Made by a program: the position numbers and the translations under genes. A stretch of DNA of 64,000 bases from Octopus sinensis (Eukaryota): NCBI RefSeq assembly GCF_006345805.1, contig NC_042997.1:71486001-71550000 (forward strand), read 5' to 3'. How positions within the stretch are numbered: the stretch's first letter is position 1; each line of letters begins with the position of its first letter. The notes beneath the pieces were generated by a model. It did not search any database. It was not told where the DNA came from and saw only the letters and a list, made by a program, of their open reading frames with translations. Of this stretch, positions 1-12,304 are shown piece by piece.

Positions 1-755
1 TCGTACCGCACTTCTTCACATGTATATTGGGAAGAGGACAATTTCCTCTGTGCGACGTGTGGCCGCCGAGCTCTGTATCGCCTGACCCTCGGTCTTAAAA
101 AGGACCTTTACTCCGCCGTACTGCCTTGCTCTTGCAATGTGGTGGATATTTTGCCATATATCTTTCAAGGCTTTTTCCGCCTGGTCGCGTTCAACATTTC
201 CGAGTTTCCGTGTCTTTGTGTTCACGCACCTATTGACAACTGTCTGTTTGGCTGTTGCTATAAGCACGTTAATTCTGCCCTCTTTCCCTTCATTTTCATT
301 TATTTTGTTACCTTGTTTAGTTTTTATATTTTGTTCTTCAATGAGATGTTAACCAACTCCTTAGCTGCCGTGATATTTGCAAAACTCTCTTTCCCGCCGT
401 TAACTCCAGTTTTGTAAGTCTCTTCGCAGCAGTTGCTTTCAATGTTGTTCTTCGTGCTACTACAATTTCCATGTAGTGAGGAAGACTTTACTCCTTCCTT
501 CCTCTCGCCTTCTTTCTGCTTTTCATCATCTTTCTTCTTCTTCTTCTTCTTCTTCTTCTTCTTCTTCTTCTTCTTCTCTTCTTCTTCTTCTTCTTCTTCT
601 TCTTCTTCTTCTTCTTCTTCTTCTTCTTCTTCTTCTTCTTCTTCTTCTTTCTTTTCTTCCTGCAGCCTTCTGCTAATTATGGTGGGGAAGACAGGGAAGT
701 CCTCCTGCAAATTGCTGTACCACTTTCCTCCCTCACTCCCGCTTTTTGTCGCCAT
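1..755 (-). pseudogene. Tx1-family ORF1 (gag-like) remnant with stops and an expanded (CTT)n; runs off the window edge
   Basis: 16..267 translation TRKLGNVERDQAEKALKDIWQNIHHIARARQYGGVKVLF aligns by eye to ORF1 at 31331 (SRKLTRISVEDIEKCLGEIMDKATYVSRGKKYGTVEVRF). 324..755 supplies the N-terminal part. Confidence 0.7.
522..650. repeat. (CTT)n microsatellite
   Basis: Direct reading; ~40 units with one phase slip. Confidence 0.95.
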
Positions 756-985
756 GTTTAATGTTTACTTTCTTCGAAGCAAATTTTCGAAGAAATTTGA
801 AAACAGAAAGGTATGTATCACCCCTAAAATGGGGCATTGGTTAAGCAACGTCAGCGTCCCCCCCCCCCAACCTCCGAAGCGCACCCGGATTGCTAAACGA
901 TTTAAACAACAAAATACAGTTTAGAACGTTTTAAACAAGTGAATTTGTCATAATCTTACAGCCCTCCAAAAACACACCTCCAGCT

Positions 986-1112
986 ATGGCGACAAGAAGG
1001 AGAAGAAGAAGAAGAAGAAGAAGAAGAAGAGAAGAAGAAGAAGAAGAAGAAGAAGAAGAAGAAGAAGAAGAAGAAGAAGAAGAAGAAGAAGAAGAAGAAG
1101 AAGAAGAAGAAG
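986..1112. repeat. (AAG)n microsatellite
   Basis: Direct reading. Confidence 0.95.
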
Positions 1113-1399
1113 ACTAAAGAATTAAGGAAGCTATACTATCTTGAAGCTGTTACTATACGTTACCCTCCCAAATTTTGAAAGACATTTTATCGTAATATTT
1201 TATACACCATTAATTTTCTGTAATAAAATTTTAAAATGTAACACTGCACTGATTGTTTTCCCAAATGCATTTTATTTGATCAGGGATTCGATTAGCTAGT
1301 GGTGTTAGACTTTTAGCGAAGATGTTAATGTTGACTTCAACAATATTATTCAACCATTGCCGTGGGTGAATGTGTAATGTAATGTAATGGATTGATGGA

Positions 1400-1482
1400 T
1401 ATATGTGTGCGTATATAATATATATATATTGATATAGATATATATATATATATTATATATATATATATTATATATATATATA

Positions 1483-1537
<55 letters not shown>

Positions 1538-1637
1538 CTATATATATATATATATATATATGTACATATGTATATATATAAATATCAATGTATGCATAAA
1601 TATACATATAAAGGTATGCAAATATGTACATAAGTGT

Positions 1638-1692
<55 letters not shown>

Positions 1693-1730
1693 TGCGTGCG
1701 TGCGTGCGTGAGTGCGTGCGTGCGTGCGTG
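1400..1730. repeat. Compound (AT)n/(AC)n/(GT)n/(GTGC)n microsatellite block
   Basis: Direct reading. Confidence 0.9.
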
Positions 1731-2276
1731 TGTATTCCACATTCGGAATCAGACAACAGTATGTATAAAATACTTTTGCATTGCGACTAGCTCTTCAAAC
1801 AAAAAGAAGCACAAGTTCTTTCAGAGAAGAAATATTTACCCACTGGCGCCATCTGTAGCATCTATTTGCCATTTATAAGATCAATCAGCGCGGAAAGCAA
1901 GAAAAAAAGATTAATAAATATAAAAAAAAAAAAAAGTTGAACAAAAAAAGAAGAAAAGAAAACTACAGTTAATGAGCGTAACACAATCGGTGCTATGCTA
2001 GAAATAGTGAGAGAGGTTTCGCCTTACACCGGTAGGCAATTGTCACGATGTAGGCGGAAACGTTAAATAAAAAGAGTATGAACGATGCTGAAGTTCTTTA
2101 TCATTTACATCGCACTAGCATTGTAGAAGGGTGGTAAACCAGCAGAAAATCTTGTTTGATTAATAGAAAATTTATTTTACTTTTGGTGTCGATTCCTTGA
2201 TTAACATACATTCTTATTCATACATACATACATGCTCATATATAACTGTATCGTGTATGCGTATATGAACGTATGC

Positions 2277-2316
<40 letters not shown>

Positions 2317-2382
2317 TCCGGCGGTGTCAACAGTACTAAATTAAGTGTTGTTTGGGAACAAACAAACCAAAGAAACCACAAC

Positions 2383-2429
<47 letters not shown>

Positions 2430-2454
2430 CGCGTTCATATATATATATTTTTAA

Positions 2455-2665
2455 ATCTGTTTCAATCATTTTAACTGCGGCCATGCAGGAGCACCGTCTT
2501 TAGTCTGAAGATCGACCCCAGGACTTAATCATTGTAAGCCTAGTACTTATTCTGTCGGGCTCTTTTGCCGAACGGCTAAGTTACGGGGACGTAAACACAC
2601 TAGCATCGGTTGTCAAGCGATAGTGAGGGGACAACTACAAACACATAAAGATATACACACAAACT

Positions 2666-2719
<54 letters not shown>

Positions 2720-2880
2720 GTATATATACATACGATGGGCTTCTTTCAGTTTCCGTCTACCAAATCTACTCACAAGACTTTGGTCGGCCCGAGGCTATAG
2801 TAGAAGACACTTGCCCTAGGTGCCACGCAGTGCGACTGAACCTGGAACCATGACGTTGGTAAGCAAGTTACTTACCACTG
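2455..2880 (-). mobile_element. tRNA-derived SINE, family B, with internal (TA)n (~boundaries)
   Basis: Near-identical to 20335-20720. Minus-strand head gtggtaagtaacttgcttacc...ggttccaggttcagtc has A/B-box-like motifs, and (TA)n sits at the same internal position in both copies. Confidence 0.75.
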
Positions 2881-3479
2881 CCGCGGAGAAGGAGGGACCT
2901 ATTTGAGTTTTTTAATAATCTAATGTCGGCTCGGAGTTGCGCTGGAAGGAAGAAGAGGACTTACGGAACTTCAGGTTTGGGATGATTCTTAGCAGGTCCA
3001 CCTGAATAATTAAATTTTTTCCGAACACGCACATGTCGCGCAAACGAAATATGCCTCAACGCACATGCGTGAGCACATACGACTGCATTCATTGCCTATT
3101 AGACGATAAGCTATCCAATCATATACGAACGCGTACCAGACAGGTACAGACGCGTACAATCGGATCCACGTTTGCGCGTTAAAAGCACACAAAAAATTGT
3201 GTGTTCTCGGCCGGTAAACGCGATCGTGTTTTCTACCTGACTTTTGAATTGAGGATTACTAACAAAACCGCAGTTCTTACAGCTTACCCAACATATCGTA
3301 TTAACTCTCCAGGTGCGTACATTTTTACGCAAATGTTAGTCTAATTGTAATCAGTGAAATTTTGCCGCCAGTCATATGGAAAAACGTTCCTTTAATTATC
3401 CGTCCACCGACACAGAAAAAAGATTCTGTAGACGACATCATGAAGATTATATCAAACATAGTTTTGTATCCAGTGTAGA

Positions 3480-4310
3480 AGATCCTTTTTACTACAGTGT
3501 ATTATCTGCTCAAAAGTATTAACTAACGACTGAATGAAACTCTCGAAAATGTATCATCTACAAAAAAAATCCATCCTGGTTTATTTGGCAAGCCAAAGGA
3601 GTACTTCGAAGAATACCATCACAAAAAAATGTCTTATCTTCATCGCTCAAAATTTCCTCGTCCATACTAACAACCGTTCTGGTCAGCAGGCATCCTATAA
3701 CATTTCGCTCATGATAGCAAAACAGGGTCGCCCACATATTGGCGAAGATCTGATTAGGCCCACCATACTTGAAGCATATAAATTGGCTAATGTGCCGAAC
3801 GCTACCTCAGTTTTAGCAAGTATTCCACTTTCAAACAATACTATATCTTCCCGCATTTGTGAAATGGCCGAAGATGTCGAATCCTTAGTTGTAGAAGATT
3901 TGCGACACTGTAGATTCTCGTTGTGTAAAAGGTACCACAGTTTGTGAAAACCTACTCTTTATGGAAACCGTACTGAAAAATACGGGAGAGACGATCTACA
4001 ATGCCGTCATGGATTATCTTACTAAAAATGGCATTTATCCCCTCAACCTCATATCACTATGCACTGACGGGGCACCGTCTATGATTGGCAAATCCTAGAG
4101 TTTTATTGCCAGATGGATAAAATTTAATCCCGTCTTAACAATTCACTGCGTTCTCCATCGAGAAAACCTGATAGCAAAAACAACCGGAAATAATATATTT
4201 TCTGAAACCCTAGGCTTAATTGCTTCCGCGGTAAAAAAAAAATCGAAGGATCTGTTCATCAAGACAAGCATTTTCAAGAAACTTGTGACAACCTACTCTT
4301 TATGAAAAGG
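3480..4310 (+). mobile_element. hAT (Buster/Charlie, ZBED5/FAM200-like) transposase fragment, decayed
   Basis: IAKQGRPHIGEDLIRPTI...IPLSNNTISSRICEMAEDV, followed by CTDGAPSMIG and IHCVLHRENL-like motifs typical of this transposase group. Confidence 0.8.
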
Positions 4311-4339
4311 TAATACAAGAAGATACTAGAAAAAAATTA

Positions 4340-6960
4340 TCTACCTGTGTATTTCATCAAGAACTAGTAGACTGGATCGAACGACGCAGGACCAGATTGA
4401 AAATGCCTAAGGCCAATCTGGCGAGATAAAAATTTATGTCGCCCGTGGAAGATTTGGTATAGTTGAGTAGAGATTCCCAAGAGAAGATAAAGCCAAAGAA
4501 AATGCAACTATAACCTTCAAAAGGGATATACTTCTCTCTGATATAACTCTCTCTGCTGCCACAGATTTCTCTGACTGCGAAAACTCGTCGAACGAGGAAA
4601 ACAGTCTTGGAAACCCAAGATAACGGATCTTGGTGAAAAGAAAAATTTACAAAATGCATAGCTCAGTCCAAGACTAAAAACGAAAAGGAGAAGACACAGA
4701 AACCAACAGACCATCACATCCACATGCCCAAACACCTTACACCTACGCAATTACAAACATCTCCATCACTACTAAACATCACCAGCATTACAAACTTTTC
4801 AACAAACGAAAACACGAAGCAATCCAGTCCAACAACATGAACAGCCCTCCCATGGTGTCATCAATTACATGGTCATAGGCACAAACAACAAGAACTTAAT
4901 AAAACGTATTCCAAAATACACAGACATTACTCTAAATGAATGCATCGCAACCCTGTACAACAGCCCTGTTCCCATTAAAAATTATAAAACCAAGGCAAAC
5001 TTACAAAAAACTGAAAGCAAAATATACCATAGGAATGGGAGATTTCTATGGGACCATACACAGAATACTTTACCAAGAAATGCTTGAGGAGGCAACCATA
5101 AACAACAGGAAGGAGAAATCACTTATCTTTCCACAGAAATAGGGTGATTCTCTTCAATATCCCTCTCTCTGCACACGTATTGTGGTCGCCTTGGAAATAA
5201 GGCCACCTACTCAATGATCTCGGGTCACTTTATGACGTATACGAGATTTACTTATATCTATGTCAACCGTGTACGGGGGCAAGTGTGGAACCACTATGTT
5301 GTTCCGAAAATGTCTGGATTTTAAGATAAGGGCCATTGGACCCTGAAGATAAACTGGTGGTCTTCGACAGGGACAGCAGCGACAGGGATCGCTCTCTGAC
5401 TGGTGGTTGTTTATGGTCCAACAGAGCAGGACAACCGGATTTCTTTAGGAGTTTGGAGGTTTTCTAAGGAATGTCTCAACCTTTAGCACTCATGGGTGAC
5501 TGGAACGCCAACTTGGATGCACATTTAGATTGTGTGGTCTAGCTGTTAGAAGAGAGGGGTGCAGAAACTTCAAAAACCTACTCCGCCGTTTTCAACTGTC
5601 TGACAAGTGCCGAGTATGGACCTGATCAGCACCGCTATAAAAGAATACGAGGCCGTGATAGGAGTAAATATTAACCGTTAAAAGTCAGTGGGCCTGCAGA
5701 TCCATAGCGACTAATAACATCGTGGGTCGCTGGATGGAGGAACCGGTTAAATTATTCGGAGGATGAAGTGACGAGTATGGTGGCCAATCTCACTCGTAAA
5801 TGGATTGAGAGAAAGCTGTCTCTGAAAGGTCGAGCAGAGGTGGCGAATGCATATATCACCTCCATTATATATTACCGCCTGACAGTCGTGTCTTGTCCCA
5901 GTTTACGCCTGATCAAACTGGAACGTGTAGTCTTCCGCTTTCTATGGAAGGGACGCGTTGCACTCCATCTGTTGTCAACACCAACTGAGTGGAGCACTGG
6001 ACATGCCGTGGGTGCTGATACGCAGACACGCACTAAGGCTCCAACATCTCCAGCGCTTCCTTGACGATGAACAGGTTGGTCACACTTGCTCTTCCACAGC
6101 TCGTCTCTTTGAGCTACAGTCCCGGAACAGTCGGGCAATGCAGATAGTGGAAGTTCCACTTTGTCGTTCTATAGAGGGTTATTGGTGAGCAAATGCTACA
6201 ACATTCTTGAGGAGACTCTGAGTGTCGACGAGAATCAACTGACTGGTTTGTTCCTGGGATCTTTCGGGGAGCATTGCCGTTTAGGGAAGTACTGTCAGCC
6301 GGGTTTGCCCGAGATGCGCACAGAGCGATGAAACTGTTCCGCACGCTCTCGCCTCGCACTCAGTTCGAGAGTTGATATCGAACACCTGATGTCGCGTGTA
6401 GAACGGATTACGCTATCGGCTGAGTCCATCGTGAAGATCGTCCCGACGCCTTCCTTTGACCGGGAAGAGCAGGCATTGTTTATTTGTCTGGTGGCCTTAG
6501 CGGAAGAGGTTGTGTGGTAGACCAGATCGAAAGACCTTGAATACAGATTCTTTCCTCTTTGCCCAAGCCCTCATCAACTTTTTCAAGTATGAAAGTGAGG
6601 ACAGTGAGGAAAATGCTGCTTTCCAGCAATTTTATTGAAAGGTAGTGAAAGTAGTAGGAATGCATGCGCCTCTAGATTGAGAAATGATGTGGAGAGGGTG
6701 CTTGCTCTAGTGGTCAGGGCGACCGGGGTTTGGTGAAGAAAGGAATAATATGCCCTATCCACAAAGAAGGAAGCAGAGCAGATACTAAAAATTATAGGCC
6801 TATCTCTCTGACCCCACACATCAGCAAAGTCGTGGAACGAATAGTCCACAAGAAAATAATCACGTTCTTTTACAATCTTCTTTATGTAACACTATATTGT
6901 ATTGTCCTATACCGTCCCCAATTTTTTCTTTATGAACCATGAGTGGTAAACAAAGAAAAC
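4340..6960 (+). mobile_element. Old degenerate Tx1-clade LINE: ORF1 remnant, APE remnant, RT core deleted, ORF2 C-terminus, 3' tail (~boundaries)
   Basis: ~4390-4520 reads DQIE-CLRPI...RGRFGIVE*RF. ~5340-5540 reads DPEDKLVV...VVYGPT...MGDWNA. 5768..6064 reads LSLKGRAEVANAYITSIIYYRLTVVSCP (as in 21772 ORF2). Tail acca-tgag-tggt-aaacaaagaaa at ~6935-6958. Confidence 0.75.
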
Positions 6961-7195
6961 ATTATTTTATTTTGTTTTGTTTTGTCTTAGTTACACTTAA
7001 ATTGCGCACTTAGGGAAAGAGATATTTGTCAGTCAGCTTTATAAGTCATGAGTGCTGGGGTGGGAATTTCTGGATATCAAGATCATGCAGTTTGTGACAT
7101 GATCGATATTATCAAATGCTTTTTCAAAGTCGTGATATATCTCATCAACACTTGAGTCGTTTAGCATCTATTTTAACACCCAGTTGTAACGTTGT
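6735..7195. mobile_element. CR1/Jockey-type RT fragments in opposite orientations
   Basis: + strand GIICPIHKEGSRADTKNYRPISLTPHISKVVERI (~6735-6870). - strand DEIYHDFEKAFDNIDH (~7100-7160). Confidence 0.65.
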
Positions 7196-7221
7196 AAGAG
7201 CTGTCAGGCAGCTTCTGCCTT

Positions 7222-7539
7222 ACGTTATTTACATTTGACGGATATTTGTCTTCATATTGTTTGTTGTATGGCAACGGGCATATGGCATAGTGGTTAAGAG
7301 CGCGGGCTGCTAACTCCAAGATTCCGAGTTCGATTCCAAGCAGTGACCTGAACAACAACAACAACAACAACACCAACGAAAATACCAGGTTTGAAATTTC
7401 CCCAAGACACCTGATGAAGGCTGGAGAGTATATCAGCCGAAACGCTATGTTAACAACAAACAAAATGAGGACAAATATCCGTCAAATGTGAATAATGTAA
7501 ATGATGTACATAATTCCTCATCTCTTAAATATAGAACTG
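7222..7539 (+). mobile_element. tRNA-headed SINE (family C) with hammerhead-like motif and an inverted 5' copy of its own tail; 12-bp TSD
   Basis: A box tggcatagtgg and B box gagttcgattcc from 7276, then (aac)n. Direct repeat agcttctgcctt at 7210-7221 and 7540-7551. 7222-7268 is the reverse complement of ~7452-7500. Confidence 0.75.
7406..7451 (+). ncRNA. Minimal type I hammerhead ribozyme-like motif (degenerate at the cleavage site)
   Basis: gacac-CTGATGA-a-ggctg[gagagtatat]cagcc-GAAA-cgcta-tgtt: core boxes and a perfect 5-bp stem II. Confidence 0.65.
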
Positions 7540-7927
7540 AGCTTCTGCCTTGTCGAAATCCATGCCACCCTTTTGGAAGAAGGGCCCTATCCAGTGACGT
7601 ACTGAGGCCGTTTCCTTGGCAAAATTAAAAGGATCGACTTGATACTTTAGGGATCGATTTGATATTTTCTATAACCCAGGCTTCCTTACCTGTATTTTCT
7701 CTTTCGTGAAATTGATGAACACTTTTCGCAATCTCCAACAACGCTCTCTTCATGAGGGAGGCGAGAATTTTCACTACACTTGAGGTGCTTGCTCAGGCAA
7801 TTCGCAATCTTTGTCCGTCATCTCATACAAATTTCCCTTTCCCTAGGGATCTTGTTTTTGCGTGCGTTGGCCTTGTGTAACACACACGCGCACGCGCACG
7901 CACACACACGCACATACAGATGGATAA

Positions 7928-7929
<2 letters not shown>

Positions 7930-7980
<51 letters not shown>

Positions 7981-7981
7981 T

Positions 7982-8043
<62 letters not shown>
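7930..8043. repeat. (GACA)n(GATA)n microsatellite
   Basis: Direct reading. Confidence 0.95.
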
Positions 8044-8393
8044 TGAACCGACAGAATTGTTAGCACGCCCGATAAAATGCTTAGTGACCATTCTGTCTCT
8101 TTTTACGTTCGCATTTCGATTTCTGCTGAAGTCGACTTTACTTTACTTTTATATATATATATATATATATATATGTTACTTTTATATATATATATAATAT
8201 ATATATGTTAGTAATACCAGCGATTATAATTATTTTTATTTTATCGCAATTTGATTTGTTTATATATATATATAATATATTATATATAATATATATATAT
8301 ATGTTATGTAGTATGTATGTATGTATGTATGTATGTATGTATGTATGTATGTATGTATATATATTATATATATAATATATATATATTATATAG

Positions 8394-8429
<36 letters not shown>

Positions 8430-8546
8430 TATATATATATATATAGTTAATCCAAACATGAAAACACAAAGAGAAAACACAACAACGCAAGGACGTGGAA
8501 GAAGTATAGTGTTATTGGACGCTCAGGAAAGAAGGAAAGAAGGAGG

Positions 8547-8582
8547 GTTTAATGTTTCGAGCGGAGCTCTTCGTCAGAAACA
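8547..8582 (-). ncRNA. Minimal hammerhead ribozyme-like motif in a Penelope-type terminal repeat
   Basis: Reverse complement gttt-CTGACGA-a-gagc[tcc]gctc-GAAA-catt-aaac: stems I and II pair. Confidence 0.65.
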
Positions 8583-8679
8583 TAGGAAAAGGAAAGATCC
8601 AAAGAAGGGAAGACGGAGAAAAAAACTCGCCAACGGTGCACACGCGGTCATATATATATATATATAATATATATATATA

Positions 8680-9178
8680 TATACAATATGTTACATACTC
8701 GGTAGTCAAGATAAAACTCTGAGTTTCAGATGCGAAGTGGAAATCCACAACACCATCTCTTCGGTTATCTGGCTATTTGAAAACGTTATGAAAAAATACC
8801 GTTAAAAATGAAGGGAAATTACTCTGTTAAACTCTGCTTTGCCTGCGTACTTATAATCGCTCGCATTTTTCGTCATAAAAATTATATAAAAATACATAAA
8901 AATATATAAAAATATAAAATCTTCGTCCCAAGAAGATTTTATATATTTTTATATATTTTTATGTATTTTTAATAATTTTTATGACGAAAAATGCGAGCGA
9001 TGTATAAGTACGCAGGCAAAGCAGAGTTATAACAGAGTAATTTCCCTTCATTTAACGGTATTTTTTCATAACGTTTTCAAATAGCCAGATAACCGAAGAG
9101 ATGGTGTTGTGGATTTCCACTTCGGCATCTGAAACTCAGAGTTTTATTGACTACCGAGTAATGTAACATATTGTATAG
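8680..9178. repeat. ~245-bp-arm inverted repeat with 7-nt loop
   Basis: Centre aaaatcttc[gtcccaa]gaagatttt at ~8917-8941. The arms match throughout apart from scattered 1-2 nt indels. Confidence 0.9.
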
Positions 9179-9437
9179 ATAAATCCTCTATTTACATAAT
9201 ATTGAGGTCTCTTCTTTCTTTTGTTATCTTACGTTTTATAAAATATATATATATATATATATATAAGTGCATTCGTGTTTTAAGTTCATCAGTATCTTGA
9301 TTAGCTCTTTTAGGTATTTTACATCATGGCGGATCAACATGTGCTACTGCTGTCACAACACGCGCACGCACGCACACACGCACACCCTCACACACAGACA
9401 CACGCACACACACACACGCACACACATACTCATACAC

Positions 9438-9475
<38 letters not shown>

Positions 9476-9784
9476 ATTATATTTCTGTATAATTGAACTT
9501 GGGTTTTTATACCAATGTACTCAACACACTTATTTCGCATATCTTTGCTGATGGTATTTATGCATGAAAGCCTGCAGCATTTGTAATTTATGTATATGTA
9601 CCTGTTTGCACATTTTTATGGCCTTTATCAATGTGTGAGTCTATTCATGTGTGTGTGTGTGTGTGTGTGTGCATGCGCATGTGTATGTATGTACGTACGT
9701 ATGTATGGCTATGCTTGTGTATGTGCGTGTGTTTGTGTGATTGTTGAATGTCCATGTTTGTATATAGCTACATATGAATACATT

Positions 9785-9793
9785 TTTATGTAA

Positions 9794-9827
<34 letters not shown>

Positions 9828-9860
9828 TATATATAATATATATATATTATATATGTTATA

Positions 9861-9914
<54 letters not shown>

Positions 9915-10068
9915 TATAATATATATATATATAATATATAATATATACGTCCATATAAATAGATAGGAAAAAGAAAGACTCATTGATGTATATGTGTGTG
10001 TGTGTGTTTGTGTGTGTAACGTGTGTATATAATGTTTGCGCCTATGTAAATGTGCGAATGCATACATA

Positions 10069-10112
<44 letters not shown>

Positions 10113-10135
10113 CACACACACACACACACATATAT
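9785..10135. repeat. (AT)n-rich low-complexity block
   Basis: Direct reading. Confidence 0.9.
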
Positions 10136-12304
10136 ATGTATATGGATGGGTGGATGTATATTGGTATGCATACATGTACGTATATGTAGTACGCAAACGC
10201 ATATAGTAAATATCTGACCAAAAGAATTCTGTGATATAACACATAACCAAGTATTCATGATGCTCGTTTTGTTAATATTCAACTTTATTTTTTTCTTTAT
10301 TTATACTTCTTTTACTGATACAACCCCATCTCCGCATCCTCTTTAACCTGGCACCCTCCATGTCTTTCTTGTTCCCCTCCACCTTCTCCCCATTGCATAT
10401 TTACATAAATAAATACACCAACGTAAGTAGGTGAATGTGTTTTGTTATACGATAATAATTTATTTCTTCTATCAGGCATCTAGTACTTTCACATAGTCTC
10501 TGTTTGTACGGGTTAGCATTTTGGGGTTGTTTTTTCTTGTTTTTGTTTTTGCTGGATTTTGTTGGGAAGAGGGGGCAGTTTTTGTTGTTATGATGATGCT
10601 AGTGGTGTTGCTTGTTATGGTAGTGGTGGTGATGGTGGTGGTGGTGGTGCTGATGGTAGAGATGATGGTGGTGTTGATGGTGGTGATGATGGTGATTGGT
10701 GGGTGGGATGGAAGATGGTCTGAAGAATGGGGTGTTATTTTTTACAATCTTTTGTTTGTTTTTCATTCTTTTCAGTATATTTATATGGAGAGGGTTGTGA
10801 GAGGTTCTGTTATGGTGTCGTTTGTTTTTGTTGTTGCTGTTTAATTTTATTTTTATCTTGGCCAGTTTTGATAATTTGCGTTAACGATTGAGTTTTTATC
10901 TGTCGTAAAGAAAATAATAATAATAATAATAATGAGGAGGAGGAGGAGGAGAAGAAGAATGATGGTGGTGGTGGTGGTGAAGATGACGATAGTTGTTGCT
11001 GGTATTGGGGGTGAGGTGGTGGGGGGATGTGGTGGAGGTGAAGGTGGTGTTGGTGGTTGAGTAGGTGATAACAATGAATATGATAATTTGGGTGAGTAGA
11101 ATGATGCTAACATAGTAATGATGAAAATAAATATGCTGCTGCTATTGATGATGATGATGATGATGATGATGATGCAGACGCCATTAAAAATAGTCATTTC
11201 AACTTCCACGTGTTAGACGTACCAATAGAACAAAATATATGGGAGAGCAAAATACAAAACAAACAAAAAAACCCACAAATGAAAATCAAAACAAAAATAC
11301 TCAAATAAACCGACGAACCTACGAATTCCTGGAAATTTTCTGTGTGAGGGCGGAGTTTTGTTTTCCATGCATATAGTAAGGAGTGTAAGTATATGCATCC
11401 AGTCTCTGTTTAGCATAACCAATAAAAAGCAAACGGACACAAATTCAAACAAGGAATTCTTTGAGTTATTTTGAGATAGATGAGAAGTGAAAGGCAATAA
11501 TATGAGACGAAATAATAACAGACAGACATGAAGGGGTGAAATATCTCTTCCAAATCTAGTCAGGAGAGAAAAAAATGCATTAAAGACCGGAAGTGTTGTT
11601 GCACCGAGGGAACGTATCATTCAACTACGGTAGTAGTTGAATAATATTCGTAAGGCCGCAATTTACTCACATGCAGCATCTTTCAGAGCTTGTTGCTAAT
11701 TCAGTTCTTAACCAGATTGAAAACTGTTAACAATTTTGAAGAGGAGTGGTCCCTAGCTACAATTTTGGCATAAAAATATTAAAAGTTTACATCAAACTTT
11801 GTAGCAACGTTATAGGAGAGTAAGTAACGCCACCAATCAAGTTTAAATCTAAATAACTGTTTTATTCTAAAAGCAAAATATATTTATCTTAGCTTCACTA
11901 ATAGAAGAAAGCATGAAGAATTTCATAGTTTTGGTCCCATACGACAAAAAATTGTATCAAAAAAGTTGTGAGGTAAAATATATAAAAGATATAAGACAAA
12001 AAATTGGATTTAAATTTAATTAATTTTTTCATTTTAAAAAACTATATTTTAATTAAGCTTTGAAGATAGAGCCCAATTCGAGGAATTACATGGTATCAAT
12101 TTCATGCAATGAAGTTTTAAAGGAAAACAGTCATGAGTGTTTGTTTCTCAAATTTTGGGGGTGACAATATAGTTCTATACTTTTTTATGAAAATAGTTCT
12201 AGAAAGGGACTTTTAATATATGTCACCGGCGTCATTGAGGTAAGGAAAAAATTATCAACTACACGTTATTAATTAGCATAATAGCATAACCTGAAAAATC
12301 ATGG

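Noticed and set aside
7276-7350. Functional tRNA gene
   Set aside because: A and B boxes are present but I could not form an acceptor stem, and it lies within a TSD-flanked composite, so it is treated as a SINE head.
11575-11600. ETS-like CCGGAAGT promoter and a minus-strand first exon near 11320-11370
   Set aside because: A single short motif with no identifiable downstream exons is insufficient support.
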